From a virus (lineage: Duplodnaviria > Caudoviricetes): a stretch of DNA of 31,504 nucleotides. The DNA is taken from the IMG/VR virus record IMGVR_UViG_3300043443_000254, positions 1 through 31,504 of that record; one strand, 5' to 3'. Position 1 is the stretch's first letter. Every line of letters begins with the position of its first letter. Under the pieces are notes generated by a model, which had not been told where the DNA came from, did not search any database, and saw nothing but the letters and a program-made list of their open reading frames with translations. The position numbers and the translations under genes are program-made. Below, in pieces: positions 17,190-25,401 of the stretch.

Positions 17190-17195
17190 GTCCTA

Positions 17196-17206
17196 AGTAT
17201 CCCACA
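17196..17206 (-). promoter_or_regulatory. Late promoter motif TGTGGGATACT, 6 nt before ATG 17189
   Basis: Exact repeated 11-mer, directly downstream of the capsid terminator. Confidence 0.75.
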
Positions 17207-17237
17207 CAGAGCCGTAGGCTCGGACAACGCATTAGAC

Positions 17238-17272
17238 AAAGAGAAAGCCCCCGGCACGTCTGCCGAGGGCTT
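17238..17272 (-). terminator. Intrinsic terminator after the major capsid gene
   Basis: AAGCCCTCGGCA-GACG-TGCCGGGGGCTT-TCTCTTT. Confidence 0.8.
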
Positions 17273-17291
17273 GAGATAGAACCCGCTACGC

Positions 17292-18590
17292 TTAGGAAGC
17301 GGTTGTGGTTGCGAGGACGATGAGCGAACCTGGAACCTTCAAGGAAGCGTCCGAGTTTACGTTTCCAACGTCGTGTGCGTTGAATGCGAAACGCTCGGTT
17401 GCCTTGTAGGTGAGCGCATCCTCAACGAACTTAACTTGGTCAGAAACCTCAACGGTCATTGCACGGCGATCGCCGAATGCAGCACCCTTGCTCAAGTCAC
17501 CGAGGATAGCAACTGGAGTCGTTGCAGCAGGAGCTTTAGGCATATTCTGTACCCACTCGATTGGATAGCCAAAGAGTGTCGGTGCAGAAGTATATGCATT
17601 CTGGATGTCGAGGATAGCGTTTCCACCAAGGGCGATGAGCTTGTCAGCAACGCCATTGAAGAAGAGGTCTTTGTGCATGTACCACTTCGCATTGTCTGCA
17701 TACGTTGGCAACTTAGCGACCATGCTCTGGAAGTTCGCAAGCGTAAAGTTTGAGAACGATGCACCAGACAAAGCAGCTCCAAGAACGACACCAGCGATGT
17801 TAGCCTTGGTTGCGTTCAAGCCGTAGACAGCCTTCAAGATACCAGTGATGCTTCCGTAGGTGGATGTTCCATCACCATTGAAACAGGCGTTGTCCTCTTC
17901 CTTGGCAATAGCATAAGCCATGTCACGGGCAAGAGCAGCACCGAGGTCGATAACGGTATCTTCGCCAAGTTCCTTGGATGCAATCGTAAGGACTGCGAGC
18001 TTCTTGGCTGCGAGGCTGACCTGACCAAAGGTGATGTCGGAAGCCGTGATTGCTGTCGCTTCAGATGCATAATAGACGGTTGTCGATGCAGTTGCGGAAG
18101 GAACAAGCAAGGTATCCGAGGACATCGGGTAGATACGGGAGTTGCGACGAGCGACACCGTACTGCTCACGGAGCCAGATTAGATCCGAGGAAACGATGTT
18201 AGGAACCGTGTAACCACCAGCACTGTCTGTGCCTTCTGTCTGTGCCTTCAGGTGTCCGTTGTCAGACAACCATTTGGTTGCAGACTTGACACCGGCGAGG
18301 TGGCGAGCGAACTGGCCAAAGGTGTAGGCCTTGAGGTTCTTCTCATCTTGTGAACCGTGGAAAGGATTGCGCTGTACATTGATGGCGCTCTTCCATGGCT
18401 GTGCATCTACCTGTGGCTTTGCTGCTGGTGCAAACTCACCGAGGGACTTGATGGCTTCTACACGCTCTTCGATGTTCTTGGCTTCTGCCATGATGCTCTT
18501 GACCTGTGCGAGGTCACCATCACCGGAAGCAAGCTCACGTGCTGTTGCAAGCAGGCTTTCCCGCTTTGCATTCAACTGTTCGATATTCAT
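17292..18590 (-). CDS. Major capsid protein, HK97 family
   Basis: Coiled-coil delta domain, EGTDSAGGYTVP, FGQVSLAAKKL, FNGDGT, TLFGYPI, ILGDLS motifs. Confidence 0.95.
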   Translation of the reverse strand: MNIEQLNAKRESLLATARELASGDGDLAQVKSIMAEAKNIEERVEAIKSLGEFAPAAKPQVDAQPWKSAINVQRNPFHGSQDEKNLKAYTFGQFARHLAGVKSATKWLSDNGHLKAQTEGTDSAGGYTVPNIVSSDLIWLREQYGVARRNSRIYPMSSDTLLVPSATASTTVYYASEATAITASDITFGQVSLAAKKLAVLTIASKELGEDTVIDLGAALARDMAYAIAKEEDNACFNGDGTSTYGSITGILKAVYGLNATKANIAGVVLGAALSGASFSNFTLANFQSMVAKLPTYADNAKWYMHKDLFFNGVADKLIALGGNAILDIQNAYTSAPTLFGYPIEWVQNMPKAPAATTPVAILGDLSKGAAFGDRRAMTVEVSDQVKFVEDALTYKATERFAFNAHDVGNVNSDASLKVPGSLIVLATTTAS

Positions 18591-19537
18591 AGTTGAGTCA
18601 TTAACTCCAGACGTGCCAAGAGTTCTTGGCGCTCGTCTATGTCAGTGGCTTTCGCCTTTACTTCGATGGACGGCTGCTCTTCCGGCTGGTCTGCATCCCG
18701 CAGAGAGTCCCAGACAACGGGAGCCAAACGCTTTGCGCTTGACCGTGATAGACCGACTGCATCCCGCAGTCGACGTTCGACACCCCGCAACGATACAGGG
18801 TGTACGCTTTTCATTCCGTGCATGGCGTAGAGAGCCTTTGCACGTTTTGCAAATTCATCAATGATGGCATCTGCGATGCTCTGATCGGTTACCATCTCGA
18901 TAGCACCGCAGAGCGCATCGTAGTAGGCTTCCAGCCCTTCGTGTACCATCTCGCTTTCGGACTCATCAAAGACCGACACGGCGTATTCTTCCGGGGATTG
19001 CTCAGGCATTGGAGCCATTACCATCTCTTCTTCTTCCATCATCGGCTCCATGCTGTACATGTCCTCCAGGCTCTTGACTGAGTTCCGGTATTCGGCAGGT
19101 GTAGGCGTGATGCTTGCCTCAGCGATACACCAGCGTGTAATCTCGCTAGCCTTGCCTACGCTCTTGCGCTCAACCATATGACCGGCAGCACCAGAGGAGT
19201 AGCCCATCTTGCCCTGTTTGCAAAGCTTGGCGATCATGCTTCCGTATTCATCAGCCATATCTAACTGCGCTTCGTACCAAAGCCCGGTATCGTCCATCTT
19301 GACGTAGCCAGTACCGATGGACTTCTTGCCTACAAATTTATCCATGCCGTGGTGATAATAGACGTTTAGCGGGACACGCTCACCGGCTTTGATTGGGAAA
19401 CCAAAGTCTGTCTGAGGTGTGAAGTAGTCACCCTCTAGGTCGGTTGCATCAGGAGAGCCAAAGCGTACAAGGTAGCCTTTGACACTTCCAAGGCGGTCAC
19501 TCTTTATCGCATCACTGTAGACGGTTAGCAGGTCCAT
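18587..19537 (-). CDS. HK97-type prohead protease (start revised to ATG 19537)
   Basis: VKGYLVRFG...DLEGDYF...YYHHG...GLWYEAQL...GYSSGA...EASITPTPAE; C-terminal RGVERRLRDAVGLSRSSAK. Confidence 0.9.
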   Translation of the reverse strand: MDLLTVYSDAIKSDRLGSVKGYLVRFGSPDATDLEGDYFTPQTDFGFPIKAGERVPLNVYYHHGMDKFVGKKSIGTGYVKMDDTGLWYEAQLDMADEYGSMIAKLCKQGKMGYSSGAAGHMVERKSVGKASEITRWCIAEASITPTPAEYRNSVKSLEDMYSMEPMMEEEEMVMAPMPEQSPEEYAVSVFDESESEMVHEGLEAYYDALCGAIEMVTDQSIADAIIDEFAKRAKALYAMHGMKSVHPVSLRGVERRLRDAVGLSRSSAKRLAPVVWDSLRDADQPEEQPSIEVKAKATDIDERQELLARLELMTQL

Positions 19538-19543
19538 AGCGTA

Positions 19544-19554
19544 AGTATCCCACA
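19544..19554 (-). promoter_or_regulatory. Late promoter motif TGTGGGATACT, 6 nt before ATG 19537
   Basis: Exact repeated 11-mer; no Shine-Dalgarno between motif and ATG. Confidence 0.75.
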
Positions 19555-19558
19555 CACC

Positions 19559-20641
19559 CTATATGAGGCTACGTAGTGGCAGTACACGGGTTGTAGGCCC
19601 CCAGTCTTGGTTCTGCTCCACCTGCACGAAATCAGCAAGCGGTTTGCCGTCCATGTACATCTGATAGCGTGTCGGTCCCATGATAGCCAGTTTGTCAGCA
19701 TCCGACAGACCAGCAAGGATTCGATCAGGTGTTGCTACCTCTGGGCGTGTATCAGGTATAGATGAATCCCCGGTAATCTCTGCCCATGACATTGTTGCCG
19801 GGACCATAACGCACCTACAATTTACGTGACTAGGCATGATTTCATCGGTCTTGTGTAATGTTCCCGATAAGGCTAAACACGCTAAACAGGTTCTTGCATC
19901 CTGCGTAGCTTGTCGTCGGTATCCTTGTACCGCTGGGTTCTGCGTGTAGAGTTGCCGTTGTGCTTCACGGGCACTCCGTATCATCTCAGTACGTGCTATC
20001 GTCTCTGCACGGCTCCTGCCGATGTCAGCTGCTTTGCGTACACGCCGTGCAACCGTTCGTGGACCTTCACCGAGCGAGATACCCTGTACCAAAGCCATCT
20101 GCATAGCGTCGGTGGTTACCTGCGGTATGGTCGCAAATAACTCACCCAGAGGGCTTCCATCACCCGAAAAACCGACAAAGGCTTGGAGGCTTTCGTCTGG
20201 CAGTGCTGTCCATGTGTAGCCGAGTGTAGCTCCTGCCGGTTTACGACCAGCCGCCGTTTCAACCATGCCGACGCTCGCCTCATTCGCAAGGATTGCCGAT
20301 TCGAGTTGTCCATCGGCAGTTATCTGTGCCCCCTCTACGGAAAACTTCTTTAGGTTTCTGCCTAGCTCTTCTATGTTTTCAATAATGCGCTGACGCATCC
20401 AGAGGATGGTTTCACTTGGCGGTTCGCCGTTTGCTTCACGCTCTGCAATGCGTCCCTCTAGTGCTTCAAGCTCATCTATGCTGGCTTTTGTTGCTGCTTT
20501 GTATGCGCGTTGCATACGGCTGATGGCTACGCCTTCACGCTCCAGCAGGTCGTTCCTGAACTTCTGTGAAGCGGCGTAGATTCTAGCCGTGCCATCGTTT
20601 ACTCGTTTGAGATGTAATCCATCTCGTACCCGTAAAAAGGG
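19559..20641 (-). CDS. MuF / SPP1 gp7-like head morphogenesis protein, probably expressed as a -1 frameshift fusion to the portal
   Basis: RAETIARTEM...DARTCLACLALSG...PSHVNCRC MuF motifs; no good start codon at the 5' end; C CCT TTT heptamer in the portal overlap. Confidence 0.85.
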   Translation of the reverse strand, partial: PFLRVRDGLHLKRVNDGTARIYAASQKFRNDLLEREGVAISRMQRAYKAATKASIDELEALEGRIAEREANGEPPSETILWMRQRIIENIEELGRNLKKFSVEGAQITADGQLESAILANEASVGMVETAAGRKPAGATLGYTWTALPDESLQAFVGFSGDGSPLGELFATIPQVTTDAMQMALVQGISLGEGPRTVARRVRKAADIGRSRAETIARTEMIRSAREAQRQLYTQNPAVQGYRRQATQDARTCLACLALSGTLHKTDEIMPSHVNCRCVMVPATMSWAEITGDSSIPDTRPEVATPDRILAGLSDADKLAIMGPTRYQMYMDGKPLADFVQVEQNQDWGPTTRVLPLRSLI

Positions 20642-22335
20642 TGGCTCTTGTACACCACCCCCGGGGTGCAACAGTCTAGGCTTTTGCCTTCGCCCATGAT
20701 CTGATCACGCTTGGCTGTAGCCCAAGAGAATCCAGCATCACCGCCCCAGAGGTCCCACGCTACACGACCGGGACTAGGGAAACCATCTTCACCAGCATTG
20801 AAGCCTTCAGCTTCTTTGTCTACTTCATGCCGTGAGAAAAAGGAATACATCCGCAATATGGTGTCTTCGCTGAGTTTCTCACCGTTGACAATCTGGTTAG
20901 CACGGGCAAGACCTACACGGGTACCACCGGCTCTGCCTTCTTCTTTCCAAGCCAAAGCCCTGCGAGCTGCTTCCTTCATGCCTTGATTAGGGATGTACTT
21001 TAGATCATAGGAGCGTACCGCTGGCTGTTCCTGCACGGTTGCTTGTGTCTCACCGATTTGCACAGGGATTGCCGTTGGGTGTAATTGCCCTTCATCTTCC
21101 GGGATGGCTTCAAGACCAGCAATGCGCTTTGCTTCCGCACGGTCAATGATGCCAGCCTTGTACAGTTTCTCTGCACGGTCTGCTTCAGCTGATAAGTCAT
21201 CAGCCAATGCCCTAACATTGTCCACGTTGAAGACGATGTAATCGCCTTCCTGCGTCTCTGGGTACTCTGGCAACAGGTCAGCCGTCAAAGCGTCAGAGAT
21301 GGTACGCAGTAGAGGCACCATGCCATCTTCCCACGCCGCTTGTTGCGCTCGCTCATAGTTCGCATAGGTGCTGCGCTCAAGACCAGAACCAAGACCCAAG
21401 ACCATCGGATTGATGCCAAGAGCAGAGCAGATGCGCTCTTCCGGTACTCGTCTGACGGAATCCAGAGCAAGCTCGGAAGGTGTAAGGGATACACGATCCA
21501 TCTTGTACGGTCCGGTCATCACAACGATGCCACCGGAACCATCACCGCTTAGGTCTTCGTGCAGCTGACGCTTGACCTGCCGTGCATCGTCCATGCTTAG
21601 GTCTACGCTGGCATCCTTAGCATCTGGTCCAACGATGAGCGATGGCATAGCACCGTTAGAAAGCAATCCCCAGGCTGTCGTGCTTGCAGTGTTGTCGGTA
21701 GCAATCTCACGCAGTACAGCGGTCACTGGGGAGCGTCCAAGACGAATATCGCTAGGCTCTCTGCCGTACCGGATGTGGATGATGTCAGATACCGGAATGT
21801 CAAAAGAGCGTCCGTCAGTGGTGTAGACGTAGTGCGTTAAAGGGTTCGTGCCGTTGCCTACTGGGCGTACCATGTCCTGCGGAAGGAACTGGAGAGCGGT
21901 AATCGTACCACGAGTAGATGAGCGTATCTTTCGGATGTAGGTATTGCCGAAAAGTTTATAGTCCTGCACAACCCATGCCCAGAACAGAGACCCCATGACC
22001 AGCGGATCTGGTTGTGCGATGAGCTGAAGGGCTGGATGCTCGATAGGCTCTGCTTGTTGCATATCGACTTTCCGCATGACCTGTGGCGTAGCCTGTGCCC
22101 AGTTCCTGATGTACCAGTCCATGGCAGCAGCCACAACACCGTTTAGCCCTAAGTCTCCTGCTATCCTTGCCCAGTCTTTCGTGCTACCCGGTAAGGCTCG
22201 GCGTAGTAACGTCTGCAACTGACCAGAGCCGTAGCCGGTAAGGTAGACATCACGAGACTGGGATAATGGTAACGGAAGCATTGCGGTAGGGTTCGCAGCT
22301 GCTTTGCGTCCAAGGAAACGGTCAAAGATACCCAT
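20599..22335 (-). CDS. Portal protein, HK97 family, with C-terminal extra domain (start revised to ATG 22335)
   Basis: MGIFDRFLGRK start, LFGNTYI, DIIHIR, LGRSP, NGAMPS, ICSALGINPMVLG, STYANYERA motifs. Confidence 0.93.
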   Translation of the reverse strand: MGIFDRFLGRKAAANPTAMLPLPLSQSRDVYLTGYGSGQLQTLLRRALPGSTKDWARIAGDLGLNGVVAAAMDWYIRNWAQATPQVMRKVDMQQAEPIEHPALQLIAQPDPLVMGSLFWAWVVQDYKLFGNTYIRKIRSSTRGTITALQFLPQDMVRPVGNGTNPLTHYVYTTDGRSFDIPVSDIIHIRYGREPSDIRLGRSPVTAVLREIATDNTASTTAWGLLSNGAMPSLIVGPDAKDASVDLSMDDARQVKRQLHEDLSGDGSGGIVVMTGPYKMDRVSLTPSELALDSVRRVPEERICSALGINPMVLGLGSGLERSTYANYERAQQAAWEDGMVPLLRTISDALTADLLPEYPETQEGDYIVFNVDNVRALADDLSAEADRAEKLYKAGIIDRAEAKRIAGLEAIPEDEGQLHPTAIPVQIGETQATVQEQPAVRSYDLKYIPNQGMKEAARRALAWKEEGRAGGTRVGLARANQIVNGEKLSEDTILRMYSFFSRHEVDKEAEGFNAGEDGFPSPGRVAWDLWGGDAGFSWATAKRDQIMGEGKSLDCCTPGVVYKSHPFYGYEMDYISNE

Positions 22336-22341
22336 ATCCAC

Positions 22342-22352
22342 AGTATCCCACA
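22342..22352 (-). promoter_or_regulatory. Late promoter motif TGTGGGATACT, 6 nt before portal ATG 22335
   Basis: Exact repeated 11-mer, 4 nt after a strong terminator. Confidence 0.75.
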
Positions 22353-22356
22353 GAAT

Positions 22357-22381
22357 AAAAAAAAGCCCCCTTGCGGGGGCT
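22357..22381 (-). terminator. Intrinsic terminator between the moron-like gene and the portal
   Basis: AGCCCCC-GCAA-GGGGGC-TTTTTTTT. Confidence 0.9.
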
Positions 22382-22397
22382 GTGTGGTTTCTCTGGT

Positions 22398-22628
22398 TTA
22401 GATGGTCTTCATCTCGTAGCGGTATGCATCTCCGCTGATGATGTATGTCTTGATTGTTCCGTCTTCGTTTGAGCCTTCGTAATACCAAGATGTATCAGCA
22501 TCTGCATTCATCTTTATGAGCGACTCTGCCCACTCACCTGCACACTGCCATGTTCCAACTGGTGCTACATCTACAACCACACCATCTTCGGTCAACACTT
22601 GGCGAATCTCTTTGTTTGCTGTCTTCAT
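22398..22628 (-). CDS. Hypothetical protein in a self-contained (moron-like) cassette
   Basis: 76 aa, GGGAG RBS, own promoter and terminator. Confidence 0.8.
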   Translation of the reverse strand: MKTANKEIRQVLTEDGVVVDVAPVGTWQCAGEWAESLIKMNADADTSWYYEGSNEDGTIKTYIISGDAYRYEMKTI

Positions 22629-22657
22629 ATCTATCTATCTCCCTGCTTGATGTCAAT

Positions 22658-22693
22658 AATATACATCGCTAGTGTATACACGTCAAGAGTATA
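22658..22693 (-). promoter_or_regulatory. Sigma70-type promoter with two operators
   Basis: TTGACG(22686-22681)-17-TATATT(22663-22658); TATAC-N9-GTATA at 22660-22678 and 22675-22693. Confidence 0.75.
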
Positions 22694-22706
22694 TGTAGAT
22701 ATATTT

Positions 22707-23888
22707 TTAGACGGCTCCCCAACCACGCTTAGATCCACACACCTGCCAAGCATAAGCCAAAGCATCAACCACGTCATCATGCCGACCAACAGGGAAGGAT
22801 AGCAGTTCGTCTTCAAAGTAAGCCGGCAGCCCTTGGCAATGCATTACTTGGCTTTGTTCGTAGCGGGCTTCCAGAGGCGCAAAGCGGGTCACTTTGTCAC
22901 GGTCTGGGCGAATGCCCCGGATAGGAAGTTTCGTACGCCGTAGCAGCTCCTGCACTACAGCCGCCTGATACTGCACCTGCTCGATGCCAATCATAGACGG
23001 TTTCCACTTGTCCGCCATGGCTTCGATGAAGCGTAGCACGGAAGCAAAGTCTGCCCTAGTGCGGTTGATGTCTCTAACGTAGATCGTGCCATCGTCACCA
23101 CGGGAGACAACAGCAACCCCGGTGTAGTCGGCTTCAGACTTCGTAGAGATTGCAAGGTCAACGCCTATGTATGTGGGCAAGCCTTCAGGACAATCACCGT
23201 ATCGCAACCACTCGCGCTTGATTCTGGCTCCAGCAGCATCGACGAACTCCGCTAAATACTCCTGACGAAAAGCGATGCTGGGCAGAGACTCACCCGCCTT
23301 GTCTACTTCTGTTGCATCTATCCAAGGATTAGCAGTGGTGGGCATCTGCCATGCCATCCAGTTATCATCTTGACCAGCCATGCCGTATAGCGTCTTGAAG
23401 TAATTAGAGCCTTTAGGCGTAGATAGAAAGAATGCATCGCCTTTGTAGTCTGTAAGCGTTGGGCGTATGGCTTCAGTCCATGCTTGCTCTAAGTGTCTAG
23501 CCATAGCTGCCTCGTCAATGATGACCCGCTTGTACTTTCTTCCACGGGCAACGGTACTAGGGTCATCAAGCGTCCAGTAATCGATGGCTGCCCCGGTTAT
23601 AAGCTCGATGCGCGGTGCAGGAGTCTGGACAGCTCGCCGGATAACCGGAGCATAGATACGCTTATGATCGTTGTATGCCTCTTCTAAGAGTCTGTAGGTA
23701 GGTGCAAACCACGCGCAGGGCAAAGCATCTTTTAGAACTGGGTCACTGAGCAAGTTACCGCCGAGTGTAGTTTTTCCAAATCTTCGACCTACTCAGCCAC
23801 AGGCAAGGACGTTGTATCGCCTTGCCTGTGCCAGTATTACCTTTTGTCCTTCATGCGGTCGAGGGAGAACCAATCGAATGTCAGGCAC
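22707..23888 (-). CDS. terL: Terminase large subunit, interrupted by an in-frame TGA (23795-23793) within a 9-nt insertion in Walker A
   Basis: From GTG 23888: MPDIRLVLPRPHEGQKVILAQARRYNVLACG*VGRRFGKTT...; WFAPTY, Walker B VIIDEAA, FLSTPKG, RQEYLAEF, nuclease YIGVDLA, HDDVVDALAYA are all intact. Confidence 0.92.
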
Positions 23889-24276
23889 CTGTAGAACCTA
23901 ACCCGCCTGTACGCTCATCTAACGGAACATCATCACCAACCACGAAAGGCGTAAAGACCAGCTGCGCTATTCGGTCTCCTGCCTCAATCACCCAGTCACC
24001 TTGTGTGCGGTTATGCAGTAGCACCTTGACAGTGTCTGTATAGTCAGCATCAATAATGCCGGGTGCATTGGCAACAGCAAGACCACGCAAGGCTAAACCA
24101 GAACGGCTACAAACCAAAGCACACAGGTCAACAGGCATAGAAACATAAGTGCCTGTATCAACGCCTACAGTAGCCCCAGCAGGGATTGTGATGTCACCGG
24201 GTGAGCGTAGATCGTAACCTGCACTAAACTTGGTGGCACGGGTAGGAATGACACCGTGGAATCTAATCTTTACCAT
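23881..24276 (-). CDS. dut: Trimeric dUTPase
   Basis: All five motifs: AGYDL, RSGLA, GIIDADY, GDRIAQL, RTGGLGSTG. Confidence 0.95.
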   Translation of the reverse strand: MVKIRFHGVIPTRATKFSAGYDLRSPGDITIPAGATVGVDTGTYVSMPVDLCALVCSRSGLALRGLAVANAPGIIDADYTDTVKVLLHNRTQGDWVIEAGDRIAQLVFTPFVVGDDVPLDERTGGLGSTGA

Positions 24277-24631
24277 CAGCGTACTCCACGATTACCTTGA
24301 CTGGTGAGCCATCTGCGCCAGTCTGTTCTACCCTGCTAGACCATTCGGCTTTGTGCTTACGTTCAAGCCACCATGCAGCAGCTTGCCATGTTGTTTTAGT
24401 GGCATCTTGGATTACTGCAAGGTTGCGGAGTTCAGCTTCACCCTCTGCTTTTTCTACTGCATAAGAAAAATCAGAATATTCTTTGAGCCAGTTTGCAAAT
24501 GTAGTCTGGTCAATACCACCTGCAGCACAGGAAGCCCTGCGGGTGTTACCACCTCGCAGAGCCTCAAGAATCTTCTCGACCGTCTCCGGTTTATACTTTG
24601 TTGGTCTACCTGCTCCGGGTTGTGCTGGCAT
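24263..24631 (-). CDS. terS: Terminase small subunit
   Basis: GRPTKYKPE, HTH, WQAAAWWLERK, EQTGADGSPV tail. Confidence 0.85.
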   Translation of the reverse strand: MPAQPGAGRPTKYKPETVEKILEALRGGNTRRASCAAGGIDQTTFANWLKEYSDFSYAVEKAEGEAELRNLAVIQDATKTTWQAAAWWLERKHKAEWSSRVEQTGADGSPVKVIVEYADGKD

Positions 24632-24812
24632 TTAGGCTCTCCTCGATTTCTTCTGTCGCTGCCCATACAAGGGCATCTTTCATTTGACGTTCACTGATGC
24701 CTTGCTGTTTCGCCCTACGCTTCACATCAGCGTACAACCATCTTGTATACATCTCATTGTAGACAGCCAAGCACCCAGCGCCCAGCAGAATACCAAGGGC
24801 AAAGGTAATCAT
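24606..24812 (-). CDS. Small N-terminally membrane-anchored protein
   Basis: MITFALGILLGAGCLAVY hydrophobic start; coupled to neighbouring genes. Confidence 0.6.
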   Translation of the reverse strand: MITFALGILLGAGCLAVYNEMYTRWLYADVKRRAKQQGISERQMKDALVWAATEEIEESLNASTTRSR

Positions 24813-25162
24813 TCTGGGATTCCTTCATTCTCTTCGATGGAGGCATACAGTTTGATTGCTGCGTCCGTGATTAGACCTTCTGGTGTGATTGCATTGGTGT
24901 ACAACGGCATTGAAAACATTAGCTGATATCCACGGTTTTCACACTTGTAGATTAGATTCCAGTGGACATTATCAACACGTTCAATGCTTAGAGTTCTATC
25001 GAGATAAGAGATAGACATTTCGTCTTTTGGTTTTTCGTTGGTACGCATCCACTGGCGTTGCATCCAGACGAGTTGCCGAGCGTACATTTCAAACTGTGTT
25101 TGATTTACGTTTGAATATGTTGGCAATGCACGAATCATATTTTGAATATCTTTGAGTTCCAT
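24809..25162 (-). CDS. Hypothetical protein (start revised to ATG 25162, TAATG coupling)
   Basis: Fills the gap in the operon; more AT-rich than its neighbours. Confidence 0.65.
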   Translation of the reverse strand: MELKDIQNMIRALPTYSNVNQTQFEMYARQLVWMQRQWMRTNEKPKDEMSISYLDRTLSIERVDNVHWNLIYKCENRGYQLMFSMPLYTNAITPEGLITDAAIKLYASIEENEGIPE

Positions 25163-25401
25163 TATTGTTTCACCCATCCGCTCTGTGGATCAATGGCAAC
25201 CAGTGCCCAGTCGTTAGCAAACAAATCACCAGGGGATAGGCTTAACTCTTCGAGCTGTGTTACTCGTCCTTTAGGTCCGTGCAGTTCAAAGACATTCCAC
25301 AGTTCGGAGTACCGCAGGAATACTGAGCCTCCCCAGTCTTCCCGCCATACTGCGTTACCACCACCAGCCATCAAGGCTTGCACTACATCTCCGAATCTCA
25401 T
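25162..25401 (-). CDS. DUF2829/Tad2-like protein (copy 2; start revised to ATG 25401)
   Basis: MRFGDVVQALMAG...VWREDW...LSPGDLFANDWALV. Confidence 0.7.
   Translation of the reverse strand: MRFGDVVQALMAGGGNAVWREDWGGSVFLRYSELWNVFELHGPKGRVTQLEELSLSPGDLFANDWALVAIDPQSGWVKQ

Noticed and set aside
22707-23753. terL starting at TTG 23753 as in the ORF track, or terL as a pseudogene
   Set aside because: That start omits Walker A and the upstream Q motif. All other motifs are intact with no further lesions in an otherwise complete genome.
23793-23795. Genome-wide TGA reassignment (Trp/Gly) as the explanation for the terL stop
   Set aside because: Many genes end at TGA in ATGA overlaps (e.g. thyX, erf, protease), Trp is encoded by TGG, and no other gene showed an internal TGA.
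23750-23795. Selenocysteine insertion at the terL TGA
   Set aside because: No convincing bacterial SECIS directly 3' of the TGA, the position does not correspond to a Cys, and it would leave three extra residues in the P-loop; disfavoured, not strictly excluded.
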